Source of the DNA: Bdellovibrionales bacterium
GTDB lineage: Bacteria > Bdellovibrionota > Bdellovibrionia > Bdellovibrionales > UBA1609
Length of the DNA stretch: 64,000 nt
Reading direction: 5' to 3'
NCBI GenBank assembly: GCA_050250515.1
Contig: JBFWON010000004.1
Location: forward strand, 3,248-67,247
Shown: in pieces, positions 36,214 through 46,861 of the stretch
Layout of the letters: each line of letters begins with the position of its first letter
How positions within the stretch are numbered: position 1 is the stretch's first letter
The notes under the pieces: model-generated
What the model saw: the letters and a program-made list of their open reading frames with translations, nothing else
Told to the model about the DNA's origin: nothing
Databases searched by the model: none
Program-made: the position numbers and the translations under genes

Positions 36214-37914
36214 ATGTCCGACACTTTGATTCAAGTCAAAAACCTGTCCGTCGAATTTGGCACGGACGAGGGCATTGTTAAGGCTGTCAAAAATATTTCA
36301 TTCGATATTCCTCGAGGTAAAACTGTAGGTTTGGTGGGCGAATCTGGATCTGGAAAAAGTGTGTCCTCACTTGCGATCATGCGCTTGATCCCCAATCCCC
36401 CAGGTAAAGTGACCTCGGGTGAAATTCTGTTTGAAGGCAAAGATCTGCTGAAGTTATCTGAGCCCGAAATGCGCAAAGTCCGTGGGAACAAGATCTCGAT
36501 GATCTTTCAAGAGCCCATGACGAGCTTGAACCCCGTGTTCACCGTGGGGGATCAAATTTCCGAAACTCTGATTCTACATCAGAAACTTTCGAAAAAAGAC
36601 GCCATGGCAAAGGCGCTGGATCTGCTCAGCCAGGTGGGCATTCCGAATCCCAAAGAGCGCATCAACAGCTATCCGCATGAAATGAGCGGTGGACAGCGCC
36701 AGCGAGTGATGATCGCTATGGCCATTGCGTGTGAGCCCGATCTGCTGATTGCGGACGAGCCCACCACAGCGTTGGACGTGACCATTCAAAAACAAATCTT
36801 GGAACTTCTGGCTAAACTGCAAAAGCAATACAACATGTCCGTACTCTTTATCACCCATGATTTGGGTGTAATTGCGGACATCGCCGACGATGTAGTGGTC
36901 ATGTACCGTGGCGACATTGTTGAAAAAGGGACCACCCAACAGCTTTTTCATCAGCCGAAGCACCCTTATACAAAAGGTCTTCTGGCTTGCCGCCCCTCCT
37001 TGGACAAAAACCCACGCCGCCTTCCGGTGGTCAGCGATTTTATGAACCCGGATGGCTCAGAAAGATCGGTTTCGACCGAAGGTGCGAAACACCATAAGCA
37101 AACACGCGAAGTTGCAAGCAACCAGCCCGTTTTGCTGAGAATCAAAGGCGTCAAGAAACACTTTCCGTTGAAGAAGGGCTTCTTTGGTGGTGTCAAAGAA
37201 TGGGTCAAGGCCGTTGATGATGTGACTTTAGAAGTGCGCAAGGGACGAACATTGGGTTTGGTGGGTGAATCCGGCTGCGGAAAAACCACCTTGGGCCGAA
37301 CGATTTTGCGTTTGATCGAACCTACCGAGGGCCAAATTCTTTATGGCGACACCGACATCACCGGCTTGGATCGCGAAGCGATGCGAGCCATGCGCCGAAA
37401 GATGCAGATTATCTTTCAAGACCCCTATGCCTCGTTAAATCCCAGAATGACGGTCGGCGCGGCTTTAATGGAGCCAATGATTATCCACGGCCTCGGCTCG
37501 ACTCGTGAAGAGCGCCTCGAGATGGCGGGCGATCTGATGAAGCGCGTGGGCTTGGACCGCGCCATGCTGAATCGGTATCCACACGAGTTTTCAGGTGGCC
37601 AGCGCCAAAGGATTTGCATTGCACGAGCTTTGGCCGTGAAGCCTGAGTTTATTATCTGCGATGAATCGGTTTCGGCATTGGACGTGTCCATTCAGGCGCA
37701 AATCTTAAATTTACTCTTGGATCTACAAGAGGAAATGAATCTGACCTACGTTTTCATTTCTCACGACTTGGCCGTGGTGAAATTTATTTCGGACGAAGTC
37801 GCCGTGATGTACAACGGTCGAGTCGTCGAAATGAATGATGCCATTGGGATTTATGAAAATCCCCAACACGACTATACGAAAAAGCTCTTAAGCGCGATCC
37901 CGAAAGGGCTTTAG
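36214..37914 (+). CDS. Peptide ABC transporter ATPase with two fused nucleotide-binding domains
   Basis: Two Walker A ([16 protein letters not shown]) and two SGGQRQR signatures. Confidence 0.95.
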   Translation: MSDTLIQVKNLSVEFGTDEGIVKAVKNISFDIPRGKTVGLVGESGSGKSVSSLAIMRLIPNPPGKVTSGEILFEGKDLLKLSEPEMRKVRGNKISMIFQEPMTSLNPVFTVGDQISETLILHQKLSKKDAMAKALDLLSQVGIPNPKERINSYPHEMSGGQRQRVMIAMAIACEPDLLIADEPTTALDVTIQKQILELLAKLQKQYNMSVLFITHDLGVIADIADDVVVMYRGDIVEKGTTQQLFHQPKHPYTKGLLACRPSLDKNPRRLPVVSDFMNPDGSERSVSTEGAKHHKQTREVASNQPVLLRIKGVKKHFPLKKGFFGGVKEWVKAVDDVTLEVRKGRTLGLVGESGCGKTTLGRTILRLIEPTEGQILYGDTDITGLDREAMRAMRRKMQIIFQDPYASLNPRMTVGAALMEPMIIHGLGSTREERLEMAGDLMKRVGLDRAMLNRYPHEFSGGQRQRICIARALAVKPEFIICDESVSALDVSIQAQILNLLLDLQEEMNLTYVFISHDLAVVKFISDEVAVMYNGRVVEMNDAIGIYENPQHDYTKKLLSAIPKGL

Positions 37915-37921
37915 GCTTTGA

Positions 37922-38674
37922 ATGGCAGGCGGTGTATTTCGAAAATCCACCGCCTTTGCCCAGGAAGAAGCCTTCGGCCTGGACCGTTTACGGGAAATCG
38001 GCGCCATCCAAATCGTAAAAGTCATCGAATGTGACGATGCCGAAATCCAATTGGAGTCAATCGTCTCGGAGAGAACGACTCCGGCCTTTTGGGAGCGATT
38101 CGGCCGAGAACTGGCCGCTCTTCATACGCCTCGCTTTGAGTCTTTTGGCTTCCCCATTCACAATCACATTGGAGCCACCCCCCAACCCAATCCCCAAATT
38201 CCTACCAGCAAGATCAGTTGGGCCGACTATTTTATTCGCTACCGCTTAGGATCCATGGCCTTGCACGCTGACATCGCAGAAGATGTTCAGCTTACACGAT
38301 CGCTTAGTCTCGCCACCCCTGGAATTCGCGAAATTTTGAGTGAGGTCAACGAAGGCCCGTCGCTTGTGCATGGGGATCTTTGGAGTGGGAATTATCTGTG
38401 TAGTTCGGGCCAGACTCCTGTCCTGATCGATCCCGCACCCTACTTTGGTCATAGGGAAGTGGATCTAGCTATGTCGGAACTATTTGGCGGATTTGACCCC
38501 CTCTTCTATCAAAGTTACGGCGCCGCCTTACCGCTTGAGCCCGGTTATGAAGTCCGTCGAGAGATCTACAATCTCTATCACGAGCTCAATCATTTTATCC
38601 TGTTTGGCACTCACCGTAGCCAAGCCCTCTTGACCTTGGAGCAGATTATCTCGGGTCGTTTTACAGGATCTTGA
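37922..38674 (+). CDS. Fructosamine kinase family protein
   Basis: LVHGDLWSGN, IDPAPYFGHREVDLAMSELFGGF. Confidence 0.92.
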   Translation: MAGGVFRKSTAFAQEEAFGLDRLREIGAIQIVKVIECDDAEIQLESIVSERTTPAFWERFGRELAALHTPRFESFGFPIHNHIGATPQPNPQIPTSKISWADYFIRYRLGSMALHADIAEDVQLTRSLSLATPGIREILSEVNEGPSLVHGDLWSGNYLCSSGQTPVLIDPAPYFGHREVDLAMSELFGGFDPLFYQSYGAALPLEPGYEVRREIYNLYHELNHFILFGTHRSQALLTLEQIISGRFTGS

Positions 38675-38694
38675 TAACCAATTAACCTATCGAA

Positions 38695-39579
38695 ATGCGC
38701 GGCGTTCTTCTGGTGTTGGCGGTCTTTTCCCTCTCGGCCCTTGGCGAACTCAATTTATCGAGCGGGATTCAACCCGAGGACTCACCGGCCTCGACCAATC
38801 CCGATCCACAGAATGAAGCTCCTCCTGGTCGGCAACTCGCACCACACCTTGGGCACAATGTTTCAGGAACTTCTTATCTATTGCCGAAATGGGATTGCAC
38901 CATCGGCATTCAGGTGACCGGATGCGGACTCTCAAGCAAGTGGATGCTGGCGACGGTTCCCTGGCTTTATATGAACTACAACATGTACAGCATCGTGAAT
39001 CGAATTCGGCTTTATACCTTTCAGGACGGCAGCAGTTGGACGGCCCAGGTTTCTTACTTCAAAACCTTTCCCGAAGATTTTGATAGTAAGTACATCACTT
39101 TTCCCTACGATATGGAGGCCTACTGGCTGCAAATGATTCGTTCTTACTTCTTGGCCCGCCACTATCGCATGTATTTAAACGTGGCCACGAACTATTACGC
39201 CAACGATCATCGCCCGTTTTCACTTAGGCGCCCCATCCCCGGTCGAAATCAAGGACAGTTAAACATCACCACTTTGCACGAAGTGGCACTGGTCAATCGA
39301 TTTTATACGATGTTTGAGCTTGGCGCGGTCGACTTAGCGCAGCCTTCGCCCTATGTTCACATCGGATTTTCCTTCGGACGGTCTGGGTTTTACTACGAGT
39401 GGCACCTGGGGATGTCGATCACCTCCACTCCTTTGGCCTTGTTTAACCCCCGCTCAAGGCGAGACTACCAACAAGAACTCCGGGACACGTCCGAAGGCTT
39501 CAATCAGCATCTCGACCGGGAGAAAACCAAGCGCGACTACGCCATACATCCCGAATTCGCTTTGCAGGCGTTCTTCTAA
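38695..39579 (+). CDS. Secreted hypothetical protein, possibly outer-membrane beta-barrel
   Basis: Signal peptide; aromatic alternating strands; terminal Phe (EFALQAFF). Confidence 0.55.
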   Translation: MRGVLLVLAVFSLSALGELNLSSGIQPEDSPASTNPDPQNEAPPGRQLAPHLGHNVSGTSYLLPKWDCTIGIQVTGCGLSSKWMLATVPWLYMNYNMYSIVNRIRLYTFQDGSSWTAQVSYFKTFPEDFDSKYITFPYDMEAYWLQMIRSYFLARHYRMYLNVATNYYANDHRPFSLRRPIPGRNQGQLNITTLHEVALVNRFYTMFELGAVDLAQPSPYVHIGFSFGRSGFYYEWHLGMSITSTPLALFNPRSRRDYQQELRDTSEGFNQHLDREKTKRDYAIHPEFALQAFF

Positions 39580-39666
39580 CCGCAGCATTCAATCTCTCCC
39601 TCAACGCAGGTGATCTTGCCACGCGAGTGGGAGTTTGCCAGCGTGGCAGATAGAACGAGGGCCCCT

Positions 39667-40770
39667 TTGAAAAGAAGAAATTTTTTACTCTTAGTGTTGG
39701 TTCAGACTGCGGTCTTGGCTACGGGCCTTTGGCTATGGAAACAACCAGATCCTCGGATCAAACGGGGCGTTCAGAACTCGAGAAGCCCCGATCAACTTTT
39801 GATTGGCTACTTTCATGGTGGCCGCACCATGATGATGTACAGAGCGAAAATATTTGGCGAGTTCGATCGAGTCGGAGCCAACGTCAAACTGATCACGAAA
39901 AATTTAGGGGGCTCGACTTACTTTGAAATGCCCGATTATCTTCAAAATCCAGATCTCGACAGTCGCGGAGTGGGTAAGGCCACCGGAGACGAACTCATTG
40001 AACTTCTGGTCAAAGGCGAGGTCGATGGGGCTACAATTGGTGAGACCGCATTTATCAAAGCCTTACGCGAAGGTCATGATATCGTAGCTGTGGCCGAACT
40101 CGGTCACGACCGAAAAGATGGCGCCGGACATGTCATAGCACTTCATAACGACGTGAAACTGACGGACCCCAAGTCCTTTCGTGGATTGAAGTTCGGCACA
40201 AGGCGCTCCTCGGGCGGTGACGAAGTCATGTTGCGCGAATTTCTGCTCCACTCGGGCGTAGACCCGGACAAAGACGTAACAATTATTCCCAGCATTTCGG
40301 ATGACGCCTACGGGTTGATGTTGGCCAATCGTGAAGTTGATGGTCTCTATGCGCATGTGATGGGTGCACAGAAGTGGGTGCGCAAATACAAATTTCCTGT
40401 TTACCTGCATCGGGCTTTAGATTGGGTCAATCCAGAGCTCAGTCAGTCCGTTTTAGTTTTTTCGAAGTCAGTCGTGGCATCCAAGCCAGAGCTGGTTCAG
40501 AAGGTCGTGCAGGGCTACGTACAACGAGTTCACCATGAGCACACGATTCCCCATCACGAAAAAACCAAGCCGGACAAGAAAGGCCTTCAAATCAATATCG
40601 ATTTTGAAGGATTGAATTTGCCCGGATACCGGGACACTCCGACGGTGCGAACGGCCTTATTGAATGAGTGGCAAGACCTACTAATTAAACATAAAAAATT
40701 AGATCAAAGAGTCGACATCGATCATCACGTTGACAATCGTTTCGTCGAAAACGTCAAATCAACAAAATAG
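39667..40770 (+). CDS. SsuA/NMT1-like ABC substrate-binding protein
   Basis: GEVDGATIGE, GLKFGTRRSSG, GVDPDKDVTII; TTG 39667 after GAGGG preferred over GTG 39610. Confidence 0.75.
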   Translation: MKRRNFLLLVLVQTAVLATGLWLWKQPDPRIKRGVQNSRSPDQLLIGYFHGGRTMMMYRAKIFGEFDRVGANVKLITKNLGGSTYFEMPDYLQNPDLDSRGVGKATGDELIELLVKGEVDGATIGETAFIKALREGHDIVAVAELGHDRKDGAGHVIALHNDVKLTDPKSFRGLKFGTRRSSGGDEVMLREFLLHSGVDPDKDVTIIPSISDDAYGLMLANREVDGLYAHVMGAQKWVRKYKFPVYLHRALDWVNPELSQSVLVFSKSVVASKPELVQKVVQGYVQRVHHEHTIPHHEKTKPDKKGLQINIDFEGLNLPGYRDTPTVRTALLNEWQDLLIKHKKLDQRVDIDHHVDNRFVENVKSTK

Positions 40771-40771
40771 C

Positions 40772-41269
40772 CTAATCGTTGGCAAGGTGAATGAGGGTGC
40801 GGACGGTTCTCTTCACTTTTTCCACATCGAACGGCTTGGTGATGTAGTCATCAGCGCCCACATCGAATCCTCGTTTGATATCGGCGTCGCTGGTTCGACC
40901 TGATAAGAAAACCAAAGGAATTTCCTTTAGGTCTTCGTGGGCCTTCATCATCTCCGCCAATTCATAGCCATTGATCCAAGGCAGCCCCACATCGAGCAAA
41001 ATAAGATCCACCGGCTGATCGTCGAGCACATTCGACAGTTGAGTCCCATCGGCCGCGGCCAGCACGCGAAAATCATCGGCCTCAAACACCCGCTTAAGGG
41101 CCCCACGAATGGTTTCGTCATCTTCGATCAGCAAAATGGTGCGCTGAACTTTCTTTTCTTTGAGCTTGCGCAGATCACCCATGTCCACAACGGATCGCTT
41201 GGACATTCGTTCCTTGGTGAGTTGTTCAATTTTTCGCACCAGATCCTTGGTGTCGATCTTGCGGCTCAA
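40772..41269 (-). CDS. Single-domain response regulator with N-terminal extension
   Basis: LIEDD, LILLDVGLP, GADDYITKPF. Confidence 0.92.
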   Translation of the reverse strand: MSRKIDTKDLVRKIEQLTKERMSKRSVVDMGDLRKLKEKKVQRTILLIEDDETIRGALKRVFEADDFRVLAAADGTQLSNVLDDQPVDLILLDVGLPWINGYELAEMMKAHEDLKEIPLVFLSGRTSDADIKRGFDVGADDYITKPFDVEKVKRTVRTLIHLAND

Positions 41270-42207
41270 GTCGCGTGTTCCTGTTTTTCAAGCCAGCGTT
41301 CGCAATCAATAGCCGCCATACATCCGGTTCCAGCCGCCGTGACGGCCTGTCGGTAAATGGGATCCTGCACATCTCCCGAAGCGAAGACGCCCTCTACCGA
41401 GGTGTAGGTGCTTTTGTCTTTGGTTAGCAAATAACCAACGTCATTCATAGCCAACAGGCCCTTGAACAATTCGGTGTTAGGTTTATGTCCAATGGCAACA
41501 AATACGCCTTCTACATCTAAAGACGACTCCTCGCCGGTGGACGTATTGCGCAGCTTCAGTCCTTTAACACCCTTATCCCCGAGGACATCGATCATTTCGG
41601 TGTTCCATAGCACTTGAACTTTTGGATTCTTGAGAACCCGATCGGCCATAATCTTAGAGGCACGAAAAGAGTCTCGGCGATGAATCACGTAAACCTTCGA
41701 AGCAAAGCGAGTGAGGAAATTGGTCTCCTCCATGGCCGTGTCACCACCACCAATCACAGCCACCGGGACATTCTTAAAGAAGGCCCCATCACAGGTGGCG
41801 CAGGCCGAAACACCTCGGCCGAGAAGTCGCTTTTCGTTTTCCAACCCCAGATACTTGGCCGTCGCACCCGTGCTGATTATGACCGCGCGAGCGGAATGCT
41901 CTTCGTTCTCTACCCAAATCTTAAATGGGCGCTTGGAAAAATCCACTTTGGTGACATTGCGAGTGATGAAACGAGTGCCGAAGCGGGCCGCCTGCTCGCG
42001 CATGACTTTCATCAATTCGGGGCCCTGAATACCATCAGCGAAACCAGGATAATTTTCCACTTCGGTGGTGGTCATCAGTTGTCCGCCGGTTTCATAGCCT
42101 TCGATCATCAATGGCGCCAGATTGGCGCGGGCCGCATAAATCGCGGCTGTCAGGCCGGCAGGTCCCGAGCCAATAATCACCACATTTTCGGTTTTCGATG
42201 TGCTCAA
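41266..42207 (-). CDS. trxB: Thioredoxin reductase
   Basis: GSGPAG, CATCDG, GGGDTA, HRRDSFRAS. Confidence 0.97.
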   Translation of the reverse strand: MSTSKTENVVIIGSGPAGLTAAIYAARANLAPLMIEGYETGGQLMTTTEVENYPGFADGIQGPELMKVMREQAARFGTRFITRNVTKVDFSKRPFKIWVENEEHSARAVIISTGATAKYLGLENEKRLLGRGVSACATCDGAFFKNVPVAVIGGGDTAMEETNFLTRFASKVYVIHRRDSFRASKIMADRVLKNPKVQVLWNTEMIDVLGDKGVKGLKLRNTSTGEESSLDVEGVFVAIGHKPNTELFKGLLAMNDVGYLLTKDKSTYTSVEGVFASGDVQDPIYRQAVTAAGTGCMAAIDCERWLEKQEHAT

Positions 42208-42221
42208 GAAAACTCCTATTG

Positions 42222-42878
42222 TCAGGGATGTTTCGGGTGCATCTTATGTCCCCCGTGCTCTTCCGTCAAAGACCAGCGCCACAGGTCTTGCGCCACCAAT
42301 TCCAAGTCGTGTACACCCAAATTGCGCACAGCCGCATTGACCGGTAAAAGTTCCGTGTCCATGTAACCGGGCGAAAAGAGTCTAAGATCCCACTGAGGGT
42401 ATTCGACCTGGAGGGTCTTCACCAGCCCGTTCAGCGCATGTTTGGCGGCGCAGTAACTGGCTGCCCCCGGATCAGGCGCGGCTTCCGCCACGGAACTTCC
42501 AATGATTACCGTCTGGACCTGGGGCTGACGATTCGCCAACAAGTGCAAAATCCGAGCGGGAAAGCGAAAGCTCACCTCAAGAGCCCAGTCATGGGCGGCC
42601 CAGCTCTTCGAATGAAAGGGTCCAAACGGTCCACCACCGGCCACATAGAACAACTTGTCGAAGGGCAATGAACCCAGCTCTTCGAGAACGCGTGTTTGGT
42701 CTTCTTCAACGGAAAAGTCGGCAATTCGATAAGAAAAAGTAGGGCTTTGCCTCTGAATTTCCTCTAAGCGGTCTTTTTTGCGGCTCCAGCCAAGGACGGT
42801 ATTTCCGGCTTTCGCCGCGAGACGGCTCAAGCTTGCGCCTAATCCTCGACTCGCACCTAAAATGACGACCGTTTCCAT
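42222..42878 (-). CDS. Short-chain dehydrogenase/reductase
   Basis: GASRGLG, YCAAK, PGYMDT; start at METVV. Confidence 0.9.
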   Translation of the reverse strand: METVVILGASRGLGASLSRLAAKAGNTVLGWSRKKDRLEEIQRQSPTFSYRIADFSVEEDQTRVLEELGSLPFDKLFYVAGGGPFGPFHSKSWAAHDWALEVSFRFPARILHLLANRQPQVQTVIIGSSVAEAAPDPGAASYCAAKHALNGLVKTLQVEYPQWDLRLFSPGYMDTELLPVNAAVRNLGVHDLELVAQDLWRWSLTEEHGGHKMHPKHP

Positions 42879-42925
42879 AGACCGCAATTTGCCTAATCTC
42901 GCTCCCTCACGCAATATGAAAGCCT

Positions 42926-43213
42926 GTGGCTAAGATCGAGTTCGCAAAAAAAATTCAGCCGATAGAGGTCGCTTCGGGGGCCAATTTGATGGAAACCCTT
43001 CTAGCGGCGGAACTGCCCGTCGCGAGCTCCTGCCATGGCGATGGAATTTGTGGAAAATGCCGGGTCCAAGTCCTTGCCGGGCAAGAGCATCTCTCCCCCC
43101 CGACCGAGCTTGAGAAGATCTTGCGGGATCGCCTTAAGGTTCCACGAGATTACCGCATTTCCTGTCAGACTTGTGTCTTAGGTGATGTTCGAATTGATAC
43201 CAGCTACTGGTGA
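42926..43213 (+). CDS. 2Fe-2S ferredoxin
   Basis: CHGDGICGKC...RISCQ. Confidence 0.92.
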   Translation: MAKIEFAKKIQPIEVASGANLMETLLAAELPVASSCHGDGICGKCRVQVLAGQEHLSPPTELEKILRDRLKVPRDYRISCQTCVLGDVRIDTSYW

Positions 43214-43289
43214 TGGTGTATCAGAATGAGTCAAGTGCACCTCCGAATGTCGCCGCAAAGGTCAATTGACTGTATTCTGAGTGCGGTAG

Positions 43290-44306
43290 GTGAACGGGGG
43301 ATCGGTGTTTCGACGAATATCTGCTTCGGCCATATTGTTGTTTGGACTCGTAGTTGGCTTTCAAAACTGCACCAATAGCACGGATTTCAACGGACAAGAT
43401 CAGCGCATTCAAAATAATGGCAATGGCTGGCCCTACGAAGGTAAACTCTATGTCTCCACGGACACCTGCCCAGCAGATACCTCGCCGGTGGCAAAATTAA
43501 AAATGCTCGCTAGCCAAGACGCACTCTTAGTTAAAGAGAATTGCCAGATCCTAAAAAATCCAGTGACCATACCAAACGCGGAACTTCAACTCAATGCGGA
43601 CCAGCCCCAAACGATTTACTATCAGGGGCGCGAATTTGTACTTGAACCCGTACCTGCTAATAAAGTGGCTTACGGTCAACAGACACAATATTGGTCTACT
43701 GTGGCCGGGACATCGATCAATAGTGCACCCTTCCCCAACCCGACAATCGCCGGTGATCTAATCATCTGTACTGTTCTGTACAATTCTCCCAATGGAGTCG
43801 CCCAAGTCTCTTCTTTGACCGACAACCTTGGAAACTTATATCAGCGGGCCGTCAATCCGATCAACTCAGCTCGTGCCCTCGGTCAGGGCAATGGCAATGG
43901 ATACACCTCAGAGGCTTGGTACGCAGAAAATGTGAACGCGGGAGTGGGCCATCAAGCCACCGCCACCTTCAGCGAGACCATGCCCTCCAACCAGCACATT
44001 GCCTGTTATGAATACAGTGGCATCGCCGCCCAGAATTCTTTGGATCAAGTCGTGGGCGATTATTCGATTCCGGGAACGAAGCCCAACATCACATTGGGCC
44101 CAGTTTCTCCGAATTGGTCGAATGAATTGGTTTTTGTTTTGTACTACGGAAACGTCGATCCGTTGCCGTCGGCTTTTACTGCCCGATCCACTCCGCAGGA
44201 TGGAGCCTCCGATCAATTCATTACCCAACCCGATTCCGTTCAACTCTCGATCCCGACTTCATCTGGTTCGGCCGCCGCCATTTTGACTTTTAAGGCGAGT
44301 GACTAA
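43290..44306 (+). CDS. Hypothetical lipoprotein with C-terminal beta-rich domain
   Basis: GLVVGFQNC lipoprotein-type signal; Ser/Thr/Asn-rich C-terminal half. Confidence 0.7.
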   Translation: MNGGSVFRRISASAILLFGLVVGFQNCTNSTDFNGQDQRIQNNGNGWPYEGKLYVSTDTCPADTSPVAKLKMLASQDALLVKENCQILKNPVTIPNAELQLNADQPQTIYYQGREFVLEPVPANKVAYGQQTQYWSTVAGTSINSAPFPNPTIAGDLIICTVLYNSPNGVAQVSSLTDNLGNLYQRAVNPINSARALGQGNGNGYTSEAWYAENVNAGVGHQATATFSETMPSNQHIACYEYSGIAAQNSLDQVVGDYSIPGTKPNITLGPVSPNWSNELVFVLYYGNVDPLPSAFTARSTPQDGASDQFITQPDSVQLSIPTSSGSAAAILTFKASD

Positions 44307-44998
44307 TTTCGTAAGAGCTCGGCATATCCGATTTTGAGACCTTGGCGAATAAAGATTCGCTCGAACTGCGTGATGAAATTGGGGCGCGCCTGTCCATCCC
44401 CATGGAGATCGCTGGTCCAATCTTGTAGATGAAAGGGAGAGCGTTTGAATCTCTCAGTAGACCAAGCAAAGTAATCAGCACTATCGGTCTTGAACAAGAG
44501 GCGAGAACCGGGTCGCATCACACGATAAAGACTTTTTAAGAAATCATCTTGAATCAGACGATGTTTATGCTGGCGACCTTTTTCCCAAGGATCGGGAAAA
44601 AAAATAAAGACGTCGTCGATTTCCCCTTCGGCCAAATAAGACTCAAGCAAATAGGCATTGTACCTGGCCACGCGCGCATTCGAAGAGCCTTCTCGAAGCG
44701 CCCGGCGAATCGATTGGATGAGGGGTTTGTAGCGAAGCTCCACTCCTAGTAAACATCGATTTGGATAACTCTGGGCTCGGGCCGCAAAGTGAAGACCATT
44801 GCCCACCCCAATTTCCAAATCCAAGGGAGTTTCCGCCGAAGCATTAAAAATTTTCTCACGCCATTGTCCCTTAAATTGAGGCGTCGCTTCTTCGTCCAAA
44901 CTCCATTCGCGAAACTCACCATAAATCGCCTTCACATAGGCGTTGGGCTGCGGAATGCTGCGAGTTTTAGATATGGTCAATTGGCCGCTTTTCGACAT
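44303..44998 (-). CDS. trmB: tRNA (guanine-N7)-methyltransferase
   Basis: LEIGVGNG, FPDPW..KHRL, KTD, TQFE. Confidence 0.93.
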   Translation of the reverse strand: MSKSGQLTISKTRSIPQPNAYVKAIYGEFREWSLDEEATPQFKGQWREKIFNASAETPLDLEIGVGNGLHFAARAQSYPNRCLLGVELRYKPLIQSIRRALREGSSNARVARYNAYLLESYLAEGEIDDVFIFFPDPWEKGRQHKHRLIQDDFLKSLYRVMRPGSRLLFKTDSADYFAWSTERFKRSPFHLQDWTSDLHGDGQARPNFITQFERIFIRQGLKIGYAELLRN

Positions 44999-45077
44999 AG
45001 AGAGTCGGAATTATCATATGTTCTGATTTTATGCCATGGTGCCTAGGATTCTTTTTATTGCAGGAGCGGAGGCCGCG

Positions 45078-46718
45078 ATGAGCGCGATTAAATACTTATT
45101 ATTGTTCGTCTTTTCCTTCCAAGTGGGAGCCGTTCCGCGCGAAGGCCAGCGACTCATGATCTCCGCCGCAAGCCCCGAGGCCGTGGCCGTTGGGGAAAAA
45201 ATCGGTTTGGCCGGTGGGAACGTGGTCGACGTAGCCGTGGCGGTGGGCATGGTGATGGCGGTGACTTCGCCCTATTTTGCGGCCCTCGGTGGGGGCGGAT
45301 TTGCCATGCTCAAAATGGGTAAGGATGTTGAGGTCTTAGATTTTCGTGAAATCGCGCCAAAGGCCACTGATCCTTCTCATTTTCTGAAGCTCGAGAAAAC
45401 AGCGTCCACGGTGGGTGGTCACGCGGTCGCCGTACCGGGCATGCTGGCGGGTTGGTGGAGCCTCCACAAAAAGTATGGAAAATTAAAGTGGTCTCGAATC
45501 GTAGATGAAGCCATTCGAATTGCGAATTCTGGTTTTCGAGTGGGCGGCGAATGGGTTCGCAAAACCACGGATTCCAAAGAAAATTTCAACGCCGCCGGAA
45601 TGAAGTACCTATTCAAGGCCGATAAATCCCCGCTGAAGGCCGGTGACCAGCTTCGACAACCCCAACTGGCCCATGCCTTGCGATTGATTCGCGACAAGGG
45701 CGACAAAGGATTTTATCAAGGCCCTGTAGCCAAAGACATCGTGGCCTCGGTCAAGCAATCGGGCGGTGTTATGTCGACGCAGGACTTGGCCGAATACCGG
45801 GTGCGTTGGTTAAAGCCTCTGACGACCGACTTTGCCGGTTACAAATTGTATCTGATGCCTCCGCCAAGTTCAGGAGGTGTGGTTATTCAGCAGGCCCTTC
45901 GATTAATCACCGATCTCCGAGTGCTAGAAAAGCCCGCGCTCTCGGCCGATGAATTTCATTTTTTGGGAGAGATTCAATCACGGGCCTTTCGTGGTCGATC
46001 GTTACTCGGCGATCCAGACTTTCACAAAAACCCCCTCACCTATTTGTCTTCTGATGCGTACATGACTCAAATGCGAAAATCGATTTCGGCCCGGCAGACA
46101 GCGGAGCTTAAGCCATTGGACGAGAAGACGCTGACGGAATCGACGGAAACAACCCATTTCTCAGTCATGGACAACCAGGGGCACGCCGTCGCCATCACTA
46201 TTACTTTGAATGGGAACTATGGCAGTGGCGTGGTCTCGAATCGGTATGGAATCGCACTCAATAATGAGATGGACGATTTCACTACACGGCCGGGTGAACC
46301 CAACATGTTTGGTCTGGTGCAGGGGCAAGGAAATGTGGTGGAGGCCGGTAAGAGACCGCTCAGTAGCATGAGCCCCGCCCTAGCCAGCCTTGATGACAAA
46401 GTCGTTATGAGCCTCGGTGCACCTGGAGGTCCCCGGATTATTTCGAGTGTCTTGCAAGTTCTCTATCGAACTTTGGGCCGCAAGATGGATTTGGATATGG
46501 CGATTCAAGCTCCACGCGTGCACCACCAATTTTTACCGAACATTCTTTATGTCGATGCCCATCGCTTTTCTCCTGAAATCCTTGAAGACCTCAAGCGACG
46601 TGGACATAAGATTGAAGACGGCTGGATGGCCCGCGTGTATGCCGTTCGCCTGCGCGACGACGGGATTCTCGAAGCGGCCTACGACGCCCGCGGTGAAGGC
46701 GCCGTCGGCGGCTACTAA
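45078..46718 (+). CDS. ggt: Gamma-glutamyltransferase
   Basis: GGGGF, DFRE, PPPSSGG, ETTHFSV, NNEMDDF, KRPLSSM, GAPGGPRI. Confidence 0.95.
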   Translation: MSAIKYLLLFVFSFQVGAVPREGQRLMISAASPEAVAVGEKIGLAGGNVVDVAVAVGMVMAVTSPYFAALGGGGFAMLKMGKDVEVLDFREIAPKATDPSHFLKLEKTASTVGGHAVAVPGMLAGWWSLHKKYGKLKWSRIVDEAIRIANSGFRVGGEWVRKTTDSKENFNAAGMKYLFKADKSPLKAGDQLRQPQLAHALRLIRDKGDKGFYQGPVAKDIVASVKQSGGVMSTQDLAEYRVRWLKPLTTDFAGYKLYLMPPPSSGGVVIQQALRLITDLRVLEKPALSADEFHFLGEIQSRAFRGRSLLGDPDFHKNPLTYLSSDAYMTQMRKSISARQTAELKPLDEKTLTESTETTHFSVMDNQGHAVAITITLNGNYGSGVVSNRYGIALNNEMDDFTTRPGEPNMFGLVQGQGNVVEAGKRPLSSMSPALASLDDKVVMSLGAPGGPRIISSVLQVLYRTLGRKMDLDMAIQAPRVHHQFLPNILYVDAHRFSPEILEDLKRRGHKIEDGWMARVYAVRLRDDGILEAAYDARGEGAVGGY

Positions 46719-46861
46719 AAAGGGATAATTGGGGAAAACTGTCGATATTTTCGACTGGACCTGACAGAAGTTTTTCGCTCCTAAAAACATCTCAAAACAC
46801 ATCGGATAGAGTTGAGACCAGGTATTGGGAATGCTGCGGCGTGCTGTTATTCTGCAGTCCA

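Noticed and set aside
41614-42366. 250-aa plus-strand ORF, and similar ORFs such as 58395-59009, 49570-50136 and 56132-56674
   Set aside because: Antisense shadows of well-supported genes (trxB, leuS, RND, ptrB) with no recognisable motifs.
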